From positions 1,429 to 65,428 of the forward strand of contig CAZNYB010000005.1 in NCBI GenBank assembly GCA_964577155.1: 64,000 bases of DNA, written 5' to 3'. The DNA is from an uncultured Thermomicrobiales bacterium (GTDB lineage: Bacteria; Chloroflexota; Chloroflexia; Thermomicrobiales; CFX8). The position numbers were made by a program, and so were the translations under genes. How positions within the stretch are numbered: the stretch's first letter is position 1; each line of letters opens with the position of its first letter. Below, piece after piece: positions 1 to 8,751 of this stretch. The notes beneath the pieces were generated by a model that made no database searches, had not been told where the DNA came from, and saw only the letters and a list, made by a program, of their open reading frames with translations.

Positions 1-23
1 AACAATTGCGACACCGGGGGTAA

Positions 24-1310
24 TCACACCTTCAATCCCAGTTCCTGAAGGTAGTTGACGAGATCAGAACGATTCAGCAAGCCAATCAGACGGCCATCTT
101 TCATGACCGGTAACTGATTGATATCGTTGCCTGCCATGACATCTAGCGCATCGATAATTTCAACACCAGGCTGCGTCATTTGCATCCGGGTCTTTGGTGT
201 CATCGCCTGACGGACGGGCACATCAGGCCAGAGCGCGCGGTCCACCGATTTGATATCAGTAATGGTAATAATGCCCACAACTTCATCGTCTTCAACGACA
301 ACTATTCCCCGTACGTTCTGTCCCAGCACATACTGTTCCACAAGTTCGTGCAGGCTGACCTCTGGATGGATGGTCGGCGGCGTCGGATTCATGAGTTCTT
401 GAACTTGAACTCCGCTGAAAGCCTCATCCTGACGGTTCGCCTGAGCCGTTTGCCGGGCGGCATGTTGCAGGAACCAGCCGACCACGATAATCCAGAGTCC
501 GCTGAACAGATTACCTGAGACAACTATCAACAGACCTATCCCTAAAAAGAGCCATCCAAAACATGTGCCGATCGTCGTCGCGACCGCTGTCGCCCGGAAT
601 TCATCTCCGTTTATGGACCAGACGGCAGCTCTCAATACCCGGCCCCCATCCATTGGAAAGCCAGGCAGCATATTGAATGCAGCCAGAAGCAGATTGACAA
701 GTGCCAGGTAACCGATGAGCGCTTCCAGCTGAATGTGCGCATCGCTTACCGCAATCCTGATAGCGAAGAACAGGACTGCTAGCATGAGGCTCACAATCGG
801 TCCAGCAATCGCAACCATGAACTCGTCTCGCGCCGTCTCAGACTCCTGCTCCAATTCGGCAACGCCGCCGAAAAAGAAGAGCGTAATACCGTGTACCGGG
901 ATGCCACGTCTGCGAGCGACCAGCGAGTGGCCTAACTCGTGCAACAATACTGAGACGAAGAGCAACAGGACAGAGATGATGGCGACCAGCCAGTATTCAG
1001 TAACTGACCAACCCTCATACATGCTTGGCAACCGGCTCTCGGCCAACAGATATGAGAAGACGAAGAACACTAAAAACCAGGAGTAGTGCACGCCAAACTC
1101 AATTCCGAGAATGGTTGTGAGTCGGAAGGTCGACTTAATCACCTCGAAACTACCCCCTCGCCTGCAGTTCACAAATATTTGCTCGGGCGTGGAAATGGAT
1201 TGAACCATAGATAGCAAGCAATACCTGTTATCTTGTTTCAGGATTTGCTGATGTGATTTTTCATTGTGGGATATGTCGCATACGCACCTGCCTTGCAGCT
1301 CATCTTCCAT
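24..1310 (-). CDS. Site-2 protease family (peptidase M50) membrane zinc metalloprotease with C-terminal tandem CBS domains
   Basis: HELGH zinc motif and NMLPGFPMDGGRV helix inside a multi-helix hydrophobic core (M50/S2P signature). The C-terminal ~130 aa reads as two CBS-like units (VVGIITITDI, LIGLLNRSDL). The ORF-track N-terminus looks over-extended: in-frame ATG at 1208 or GTG at 1142 lie just before the first TM helix. Confidence 0.85.
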   Translation of the reverse strand: MEDELQGRCVCDISHNEKSHQQILKQDNRYCLLSMVQSISTPEQIFVNCRRGGSFEVIKSTFRLTTILGIEFGVHYSWFLVFFVFSYLLAESRLPSMYEGWSVTEYWLVAIISVLLLFVSVLLHELGHSLVARRRGIPVHGITLFFFGGVAELEQESETARDEFMVAIAGPIVSLMLAVLFFAIRIAVSDAHIQLEALIGYLALVNLLLAAFNMLPGFPMDGGRVLRAAVWSINGDEFRATAVATTIGTCFGWLFLGIGLLIVVSGNLFSGLWIIVVGWFLQHAARQTAQANRQDEAFSGVQVQELMNPTPPTIHPEVSLHELVEQYVLGQNVRGIVVVEDDEVVGIITITDIKSVDRALWPDVPVRQAMTPKTRMQMTQPGVEIIDALDVMAGNDINQLPVMKDGRLIGLLNRSDLVNYLQELGLKV

Positions 1311-1400
1311 CGGTTGACAGTCGACACGACCAGCTCTACCCTGTTCCGGCCGCGATCATCGGGCAACCGGACAAGCTGTCGGCAGGAATAAGGAGCGCAG

Positions 1401-2480
1401 ATGGTGAGCAAACCGACGCCAATGTTCGAACTGATAAAAACGTTGACCGAGCTTCCGGGTCCAACCGGCCAGGAAGACCGTGTTCACGAGTGGTGCGCTG
1501 AACACTGGTCACAGCACGCAGAATCGGTAGAAATCACCAGAGTCGGCAATGTGCTGGCGCGAGTCGGCGGAGATGGTCCTCCAATCATCATCATCGGACA
1601 TGGCGACGAACTGGGTCTGGTGGTCAAATCTATTACCGACAACGGGCTGCTCCATATCTGGCCAGCCAGCCGGGATATGCGTGGACGGCCAGCCTACTGG
1701 TACAACCCGGTCAACAGTCCGGTTATTGTCCTCGCGGACCACGGCGATATCGACGGTCAGCTCACCTATGCCAGCGGCCATGTCGTCGGAGGCGCGACAC
1801 AACGCAACAACTTCGAGTGGAATGACTGGTTCGTTGATATCGGCTACTCCGACCGGGCTTCGGCTGAAGAACTGGGCATCCACCCGGGAACCAGGCTGGC
1901 GGTCCATGTGCCGACTCGGAAACTCGGCGACACCATCATTGGCAAAGCCATGGACGATCGAGCGCCGCTGGCTGTGGCTACCTCGCTTGCCGAACGCGTC
2001 GACCTTTCTAAAATCAACTACGAGTTGTGGATCGGCTCAACGATTCAGGAGGAGAACGGGTTGCTCGGCGCATCTAGCATCGCCGATAGCGGCAGATTCG
2101 AATACGGCGTCGCCTTGGATGTCGGACTCTGCGGCGACGTGCCTGGCACAACAGAAATCAACCATCCATCCAAATTGCGGCATGGTCCGATCATCGTTCA
2201 CCAGGATTCGTCGGTGAACTACTCGGCGAGGATGTGCCGGGCGTTCGTCGCCGCCGCTGAGGAAGCTAGTATCCCGGTCCAGCAAGCCGTCTTCCAGAAC
2301 TATGGCAGCGATGGCGCTGAGCTCATCCGGCGTGGCATTGAATCGATACTCCTGACGATGCCAACGCGCTATACCCACTCACCAAATGAGATGGTTACCG
2401 AGGTGGACTGTGTCGCCTGTGTTGATCTGTTGATAGCCTTTCTGGAGCGGGAGCCACTGGGCGACCGCTGGCGCGGGTAA
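1401..2480 (+). CDS. M42 family metallo-aminopeptidase (FrvX/PepA/CelM-like)
   Basis: IIIGHGDELGLVV and AMDDRAPL metal-ligand motifs, ~360 aa, typical M42 layout. Confidence 0.85.
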   Translation: MVSKPTPMFELIKTLTELPGPTGQEDRVHEWCAEHWSQHAESVEITRVGNVLARVGGDGPPIIIIGHGDELGLVVKSITDNGLLHIWPASRDMRGRPAYWYNPVNSPVIVLADHGDIDGQLTYASGHVVGGATQRNNFEWNDWFVDIGYSDRASAEELGIHPGTRLAVHVPTRKLGDTIIGKAMDDRAPLAVATSLAERVDLSKINYELWIGSTIQEENGLLGASSIADSGRFEYGVALDVGLCGDVPGTTEINHPSKLRHGPIIVHQDSSVNYSARMCRAFVAAAEEASIPVQQAVFQNYGSDGAELIRRGIESILLTMPTRYTHSPNEMVTEVDCVACVDLLIAFLEREPLGDRWRG

Positions 2481-2499
2481 CGAACCGGGAGGACCAGGT

Positions 2500-3495
2500 A
2501 TGCCGACGAACGGAACGCTGACTGTTGGAACGGCAAGCGCAGAGCCAGGTCAGATAGCACAAGGAATCATCAGCTATGGCATCGGGGCGATGGGCGAGAC
2601 GCTAGGGATCCCGGTCACCGTCGTCAATGGTGTTGAAAATGGACCGGTGCTCTGGGTTGATGGAGCGATTCACGGTGATGAACCAGAAGGACCGCTGGCC
2701 ATCGTCAAGACCCTGGAAGCTATCGACCCGCAAAACCTGCGTGGGGCGTTCGTCGGCTGTATGGCGATGAACCCGCCAGCCCTCGCAGCCAATGAACGCG
2801 GAAATGCCTGGGATAAAAACACCTACGACATGAACCGGATTTACCCGGGGCGGCCTGATGGCTTTCCAACCGAGCGGATCGCCTGGGCGCACTCGCAGGC
2901 GCTCACGGCAGTCGCTGACCTTGAGATGACGATTCACTCCGGCGGCGATCACTCGTACTTGAACATGGCAATATTTCACGCTGGCGGCGCGTCTGAAGAG
3001 CTGGCGAAAGCCATGGGGCCAGGCTGGGATCTGCTGCTCACCGGCGGTCCAGGAGGCAAAAGCCCGATGACGACGATGATGGAGGCCGGTAAGGCCGGCA
3101 TCACCGTCGAGCTTGGCGGCATGTGTGCCACCTTGCCAGGAGAATTTCACCGCATTGGGGATACGTTGAGAGACAGTATTCTCAATGTCATGCGCGCACA
3201 TGACATGATCGAAGGCAAGGCCAAACGCTGCCAGCGCTGGCTCCACGGGCATCAGGTGCTGGTCAGCGCTCCTGTCGCCGGTCTCTGGGTGGCCGATCGT
3301 GATGTCCAGATGCGCACGCCAATGCATGAAGGCGATCCGATTGCCAGGATCTACGATTGGTTCGGCAACCTGCAGGCGGAAGTCAACGCGCCTTGCGACG
3401 GTCAGATCTTCGGACTCCGGACAAACCCGACTGTCCATGTCGGGGACTGGTGTTCGTTCTACGCGCAGATCACAAGCGAATCATCAGATGGATAA
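2500..3495 (+). CDS. Succinylglutamate desuccinylase/aspartoacylase (AstE/AspA) family zinc deacylase
   Basis: VDGAIHGDEPEG zinc motif near the N-terminus, ~330 aa. Starts 19 nt after the M42 stop, so likely co-transcribed. Confidence 0.75.
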   Translation: MPTNGTLTVGTASAEPGQIAQGIISYGIGAMGETLGIPVTVVNGVENGPVLWVDGAIHGDEPEGPLAIVKTLEAIDPQNLRGAFVGCMAMNPPALAANERGNAWDKNTYDMNRIYPGRPDGFPTERIAWAHSQALTAVADLEMTIHSGGDHSYLNMAIFHAGGASEELAKAMGPGWDLLLTGGPGGKSPMTTMMEAGKAGITVELGGMCATLPGEFHRIGDTLRDSILNVMRAHDMIEGKAKRCQRWLHGHQVLVSAPVAGLWVADRDVQMRTPMHEGDPIARIYDWFGNLQAEVNAPCDGQIFGLRTNPTVHVGDWCSFYAQITSESSDG

Positions 3496-3548
3496 GCAAC
3501 CCTGGAGAACACTACGTAGATTCGTTCTAGCTAAAGGATGGCAGCAAT

Positions 3549-4088
3549 ATGACAGATGAGCAGCCCCGGCATCTACCCCAATCAATGACAGAGTTCCTGA
3601 CTGAGAACGAGCGCAAACGAGCAGAATTCGAGGCCAGAATCACTCAGCTCAGCAAAGAGCAGATGACTGGTCCGGCGGATGCCGCTGGCTGGACGGTTAA
3701 AGATCATATCGCCCATCTCTCCGCCTGGGAACGTTCGATTATTTTTGTCCTGGAGGGCAAACCGCGTCACGAAGGGCTTGGGGTCCCTGAAGAGGTCTAT
3801 CTGATACCCGGCAACTACGACGAAATCAACGAGATAATCTTCGAAAACAACAAAACCCGGTCGCTCGACGACGTGTTGGGTGAGTTTCACACCGTTCACG
3901 CCGACATGCTTACCTTGCTGAACGCGATGACCTGGGATGATCTGAATCGCACCTACGCGTACTACCTGCCAGACGAGCCAGGTGAGCGTTCGGAAGCCCC
4001 TGTTTGGCCGCTGGTCTACGGCAATACCGGCGGGCACTACGAGGAACATCTTCCCTGGATCAACGCCATCTTGGACCAGTCAGAATAG
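3549..4088 (+). CDS. ClbS/DfsB (DUF1706) or DinB-like four-helix-bundle protein
   Basis: GWTVKDHIAHLSAWE block, ~180 aa, helix-rich pattern resembling the ClbS/DfsB family. Assignment is from motif recall only. Confidence 0.5.
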   Translation: MTDEQPRHLPQSMTEFLTENERKRAEFEARITQLSKEQMTGPADAAGWTVKDHIAHLSAWERSIIFVLEGKPRHEGLGVPEEVYLIPGNYDEINEIIFENNKTRSLDDVLGEFHTVHADMLTLLNAMTWDDLNRTYAYYLPDEPGERSEAPVWPLVYGNTGGHYEEHLPWINAILDQSE

Positions 4089-4092
4089 GCGT

Positions 4093-5490
4093 TTAGATCG
4101 GTGGCAGCTGATCTGCCCAGGGAGCAAGTTCTTCGAAGACCGCCGCTGCCTTCAGCACCGTGAGATCGTCACCATATCGCCCGACGATCTGCAGCCCCAC
4201 CGGCAGCCCCTGAGCATTGAACCCACAGGGGACAGTCGCCGCTGGCTGACCGGTGAGATTGAACGGGTAGGCGAATCCGGTCCAGCCGAGGTGGGTCGTC
4301 GGCTTTCCGTTGACTGTTTCTGGTTTGTCAGCGCCTGCCGCGAAGGCGGTCGTCGCCATCGTCGGAGTCAGCACCAGGTCATAGGTCTGCATAAACTTTC
4401 GCCAGACGTGATAATAGTCGTTCCAGGCGTCGTGTGCCTTCAGGATGTCGCTGGCTGAAAACGTCTGCGCTCGGTCCAGCAGGGCGGCGCGACCAGGGTC
4501 CAGTTGATCTCGGACCTCGACGAGGTCGTCGATATGCCGGCTGTATTGCGAAGCGCTGAAGGTAATATCTGATATCCACCAGGGGTCCGGCGCGTCTGGA
4601 TGGTCCTCAACCACCTCGCAACCTGCTTCAGTGAAGCGAGCCGCGGCTCGAGCGGTGATTTCGAGCACATCCTGATCAATTTCGGCGTATCCGAGATCCG
4701 GCGACCAGGCGATATTCAGCCCCTCGATACCGCCTTCAAGATCAGAGAGATAATCGATATCGCTCGACCAGGAGAACCGGTCACGTGGATCACGGCCAGC
4801 GGTGACCGTCAGCAACAGGGCTGCATCCCGAACTGTACGCGTCATTGGCCCGAGGTGAGAATGGACCGACATGCTGGATGGCACTTTCGCAACCAGACCC
4901 ATGGTTGGTTTCAGCCCGAAAATCCCACAGAATGACGCGGGAATACGAATCGATCCAGCTCCATCGCTGCCCTGCGCAAGCGGGCAAAGGCCAGCCGCAA
5001 CCGCCGCGCCTGAACCGCCACTTGAGCCACCAGCCGTCTTGGTGAGATCCCACGGGTTGCGGGTCGGTCCGTACAGCCGATTTCCAGAATCACCCTTCCA
5101 GCCAAACTCCGGGGTGTTGGTTTTCCCGAGCATGACCATCCCGGCCGCATAGAGACGTTCGACATCCGGTGATCCCTCGTTCGGCACCCAGTCCTTGTAG
5201 AGCAGTGAGCCGAAACTGGTTCGGATACCGGCGGTGGGCGTGAGGTCCTTGATTCCAACCGGCACGCCAGCCAGAGGCGGCGCATCCCCGTTCTGGTAGG
5301 CTGCTTCAGCTGTGCGGGCATTCTCCATCGCCAGTTCAGGGGTAAGGGTCACGAAAGCATTGAGCTCCGGATTCAATCGTTCGATGCGTTGCAGTGCTGC
5401 CTCAGTCACCTCGACTGGCGACAGTTCCTGGCGTCTGTATCGTTCCAGCAGATCAAGTGCGGAAAGAAATCTCAGCTCGCTATCGGACAC
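4093..5490 (-). CDS. Amidase-signature family amidase (paralogue 1 of 3)
   Basis: Catalytic Lys in GIKDLTPTAG, GGSSGGSGAAVAAG Ser-cisSer block, GSDGAGSIRIPASFCG. ~465 aa. Confidence 0.9.
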   Translation of the reverse strand: MSDSELRFLSALDLLERYRRQELSPVEVTEAALQRIERLNPELNAFVTLTPELAMENARTAEAAYQNGDAPPLAGVPVGIKDLTPTAGIRTSFGSLLYKDWVPNEGSPDVERLYAAGMVMLGKTNTPEFGWKGDSGNRLYGPTRNPWDLTKTAGGSSGGSGAAVAAGLCPLAQGSDGAGSIRIPASFCGIFGLKPTMGLVAKVPSSMSVHSHLGPMTRTVRDAALLLTVTAGRDPRDRFSWSSDIDYLSDLEGGIEGLNIAWSPDLGYAEIDQDVLEITARAAARFTEAGCEVVEDHPDAPDPWWISDITFSASQYSRHIDDLVEVRDQLDPGRAALLDRAQTFSASDILKAHDAWNDYYHVWRKFMQTYDLVLTPTMATTAFAAGADKPETVNGKPTTHLGWTGFAYPFNLTGQPAATVPCGFNAQGLPVGLQIVGRYGDDLTVLKAAAVFEELAPWADQLPPI

Positions 5491-5499
5491 TGCTCCTCC

Positions 5500-6903
5500 T
5501 TAGTCAACTGGCGGCCGATTGTCCGCCCAGGGTCTGGCTAATTCGAAAGCTGCTGAGGCGTTCAACACCGTCTGATCGTCACGCCACTTGCCGATAATCT
5601 GGAGGCCGACCGGGAGACCGTCTTGATCAAATCCGCAGGGAATTGACGCAGCCGGATGGCCGGTCAGGTTAAACGGGTAGGTGAACGGTGTCCAGCTCAG
5701 ATAGCTCATGGGCTTGCCGTTGATCTCTTCCGGAAAGTCCTTACCGGCATCGAAAGCCGGGATTGGCATACATGGAGTGATCAGAATTTCGTATGGTTCC
5801 ATGAATGCTTCAAATGCGTCATAAAGCGCGTCCCGCTTTGAAAACGCCGACATGACCTCCATCGCCGTCCACTCCCAGGCGCGATTGATGATCTCAACCC
5901 TCCCTTGATCGAGCAGACCGCGAACCTCTTCGAAGTTGCGGGCCACTCCGGAAGCCTGACCGGCTGCGAAGAACAGATCCTCAATCGGCCAGGGATCGTC
6001 AATGTGCGGTGTTGCGAGTTCAACGTCACAACCCAGGTCGGTGAAGGTTTCAACTGCTGAAGCCGTGATACGGGCAATTTCTGGCGCAACCTCGGCAAAC
6101 CCGAGATCCGGCGACCAGGCTACTTTCATGCCACTGATTTCCGGCCGCAGTCGTTCCAGAAAACTGCCAGTCGTGTCGAGCGAGTAACGATCGCTGTTGC
6201 TAGCGCCAGACGCGACATCCAGAAAGAGCGCGGCATCTGCAACCGTCCGGGTCATCGGCCCGGTATGGGCCAGGTGAGTCGGCGAGCTTCCCGGATAGGG
6301 AATCCTTCCGAATGACGGTTTCAAGCCATAGATGCCTGAGAATGAGGCTGGAATTCTGATCGAGCCAGCTCCGTCCCCGCCTTGCGCCAGCGAGCCCATG
6401 CCGGTAGCGATCGCGGCAGCCGCGCCACCACTGGAGCCGCCAGCAGTCCGGCCATTCACCCAGGGATTCTGGGTCGGGCCGACGACCCGGTTGCCGGAGT
6501 CACCTTTCCAACCGCCCTCAGGAGTGTTCGTCTTGCCGAGCATGACGATGCCCGCGTCGTAAAGCCGTTGTACGAAGACTGGGTTGAAATCAGGCACCCA
6601 GTCCTTATATAGCAGCGATCCTCTGGTAGTCCGGATTCCGCTGGTTGGGACCAGATCTTTGATCGAAGTCTGAATCCCCGCCAGCGGAGGTGGGGTGTCT
6701 GATTCGAGATACTGCCGCTCTGCCTTTCTGGCATCCTCAAACGCACGCTCAGCTGTCACCGTAACAAACGCGTTGAGCAGCGGGTTCAATCGATCGATGC
6801 GATTGAGGATAGCTTCTGTTGCCTCGACAGGAGAGAGTTCAAGGCTTTGATACTTGTCCCTCAGTTCAACGGCTGACAGGTAGCAGATGTCAGTCGTATC
6901 CAT
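5500..6903 (-). CDS. Amidase-signature family amidase (paralogue 2 of 3)
   Basis: SIKDLVPTSG, GGSSGGAAAAIATG and GGDGAGSIRIPASFSG motifs. Stop lies 9 nt upstream of the paralogue 1 start. Confidence 0.9.
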   Translation of the reverse strand: MDTTDICYLSAVELRDKYQSLELSPVEATEAILNRIDRLNPLLNAFVTVTAERAFEDARKAERQYLESDTPPPLAGIQTSIKDLVPTSGIRTTRGSLLYKDWVPDFNPVFVQRLYDAGIVMLGKTNTPEGGWKGDSGNRVVGPTQNPWVNGRTAGGSSGGAAAAIATGMGSLAQGGDGAGSIRIPASFSGIYGLKPSFGRIPYPGSSPTHLAHTGPMTRTVADAALFLDVASGASNSDRYSLDTTGSFLERLRPEISGMKVAWSPDLGFAEVAPEIARITASAVETFTDLGCDVELATPHIDDPWPIEDLFFAAGQASGVARNFEEVRGLLDQGRVEIINRAWEWTAMEVMSAFSKRDALYDAFEAFMEPYEILITPCMPIPAFDAGKDFPEEINGKPMSYLSWTPFTYPFNLTGHPAASIPCGFDQDGLPVGLQIIGKWRDDQTVLNASAAFELARPWADNRPPVD

Positions 6904-6912
6904 CTCGTCCCC

Positions 6913-8301
6913 CTAATCCAGGGCAGGACGCGCATCCGTCCAGGGTGCGATCTGCTCGAAAGCTGCAGATGCCCGCAAGACCGACACATCATCATGCCAC
7001 TGGCCTACAATCTGCATACCAATAGGAAGACCAGAGCTGTCAAACCCACAGGGAATGGAAGCTGCTGGCTGGCCGGTCAGATTGAACGGGCAGGTGAAGT
7101 GGTGTGGCTTTTCGCCACCTTCAAAATACTCTGTCTCAACTTCAAAAGCGGTGATCGGAGTCGTCGGAGTGATTAACAGATCATAGTTCGCCATAAACTC
7201 ACGCATAGCCGTGTAGTAATCGTTGCGTTGGGTAGCGGTGCGCATGACGTCGACACCGGAATACTGTTGTGCATGCTCGATCAGACTGACTAACCCCGGG
7301 CTGAGCAACTCTCGCGCCTCGTCGAAGTTATCGGCGAATGCTCCAGCCATAATCGCGCCCCACATCACCAGGAACATTCCTTCAGGATCAGGGATGCCCG
7401 GGTTCACCTCTTCGACAACACAACCAAGCTCTTCAAACTTGAGTGCCGCTGTTCGGACTGCGTTAGCTACATCTGGAGCCACGTCGCCATAGCCAAGATT
7501 TGGTGAAAACGCGACCTTCATTCCCTGAACTTCGGTATCTTCAAGTGCATCCAGATAATGGATGCCACTCGACCAGGAGTACTGATCCCGCGCATCAGCC
7601 CCGGCCATAACATCCAGCATCAGGGCGGCGTCGGCGACGGTACGGGTCATCGGGCCGTTGTGCGCCAGAAACTGCGCCGCGCTTGGCGGAAACTGTGGCA
7701 CGAGTCCCCAGGATTGTTTGAATCCGTAGATCCCGGTGAACGACGCCGGAATGCGAATCGAGCCACCACCATCGGATCCCTGGGCGAGCTGCCCCATCCC
7801 GGCTGCGACAGCAGCGGAAGCCCCGCCGCTTGAACCGCCCGGTGTTTTTCCTTGTTGCCAGGGGTTATGGGTTGTCCCGCTGACCCGGTTAGATGTCTCG
7901 CCTTTGTGTCCGAGTTCCGGGGTGTTCGTCTTTCCAAGCATCACCACACCAGCCTCAAACAGCCGTTCAGCAAAGGGAGCATTGTAATCAGGCACCCAGT
8001 TTTCATAGAGCAGCGATCCACGGGTGGTCCGGATACCTGCCGTAGGTGTGAGATCTTTCAACGAAGTCGGTACGCCGAGCAAGGGTGGTATATCGGCGCG
8101 TTCCTGGTACATCGATTCAGCTATTCTTGCCTGTTCCATTGCCAGGTCAACCGTTACGGTCACATAGGCATTGAGCTGCGGCTCCAACTGCTCGATCCGC
8201 TCCAGCACCGCCTCGGTAACTTCTACCGGGGAGAGTTCCCGCCGTTGATATCGACGCAGCAGATCTTGTGCGGACAGGTAACAAAGTTCAGTTTGATCCA
8301 T
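6913..8301 (-). CDS. Amidase-signature family amidase (paralogue 3 of 3)
   Basis: SLKDLTPTAG, GGSSGGASAAVAAG and GSDGGGSIRIPASFTG motifs. The ORF is open to 8385. ATG at 8301 (MDQTELCYLS) aligns with the N-termini of the other two paralogues and has a GAGGA Shine-Dalgarno ~9 nt upstream. Confidence 0.85.
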   Translation of the reverse strand: MDQTELCYLSAQDLLRRYQRRELSPVEVTEAVLERIEQLEPQLNAYVTVTVDLAMEQARIAESMYQERADIPPLLGVPTSLKDLTPTAGIRTTRGSLLYENWVPDYNAPFAERLFEAGVVMLGKTNTPELGHKGETSNRVSGTTHNPWQQGKTPGGSSGGASAAVAAGMGQLAQGSDGGGSIRIPASFTGIYGFKQSWGLVPQFPPSAAQFLAHNGPMTRTVADAALMLDVMAGADARDQYSWSSGIHYLDALEDTEVQGMKVAFSPNLGYGDVAPDVANAVRTAALKFEELGCVVEEVNPGIPDPEGMFLVMWGAIMAGAFADNFDEARELLSPGLVSLIEHAQQYSGVDVMRTATQRNDYYTAMREFMANYDLLITPTTPITAFEVETEYFEGGEKPHHFTCPFNLTGQPAASIPCGFDSSGLPIGMQIVGQWHDDVSVLRASAAFEQIAPWTDARPALD

Positions 8302-8672
8302 CTTCAGATCCTCGTGTGATAAGCAACTGTTCGTGCCGAAACAGTAGCATGCATGGAATGAAACGTGCGAACGGGAAGACTTCAAACCTTCGGCGATCGA
8401 TAGTAGTTTATCGCCATACTGATCGTTGTCAGTATCAGATTGTTCCAGTCATGCCACTCCGGAGCATTCTGGCTAAAGTCACCACCTGCATGCCAGATCC
8501 TAAATTACTCCCGGTAAGACGCTGTCCTGATCTCAAGCAGGCTCCGCTATTTTAACTCCAACGTTCGAGCATGCTTGTGTTTCCACTACTCCATTTCTCG
8601 ATCAAGAAACTCCAGGGTGAAGTCTGTTTTGAACCGGACATTCACGGGAGTTCGTGGAATAGACTGCTGCAT

Positions 8673-8702
8673 GTACACAGTGTACGTACACTTTTGTACA
8701 AT
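8673..8702. promoter_or_regulatory. GTACA-motif cluster: 13-nt perfect palindrome GTACACAGTGTAC plus two more GTACA(C) copies, overlapping a TACAAT -10-like hexamer
   Basis: Read directly: GTACACAGTGTAC at 8673-8685, GTACAC at 8686-8691, TGTACA at 8695-8700, TACAAT at 8697-8702. Lies 50 nt upstream of the GTG start at 8752. Confidence 0.3.
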
Positions 8703-8751
8703 TATCTTCGCTTGATGTTTGTGACGGAGAACCATCATCGGAGGGTGTTCC

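Noticed and set aside
2602-3438. 278-aa minus-strand ORF
   Set aside because: Antisense to the AstE-like gene and has no recognisable motif. Shadow ORF.
8386-8670. Riboswitch (for example c-di-AMP/ydaO class, often upstream of cell-wall hydrolases) in the long gap before the DD-carboxypeptidase gene
   Set aside because: Only small 6-7-bp inverted repeats are present (for example ATACTGA/TCAGTAT at 8416-8435) and no conserved ydaO-like blocks that I can recognise. A covariance-model scan would be needed to exclude it formally.
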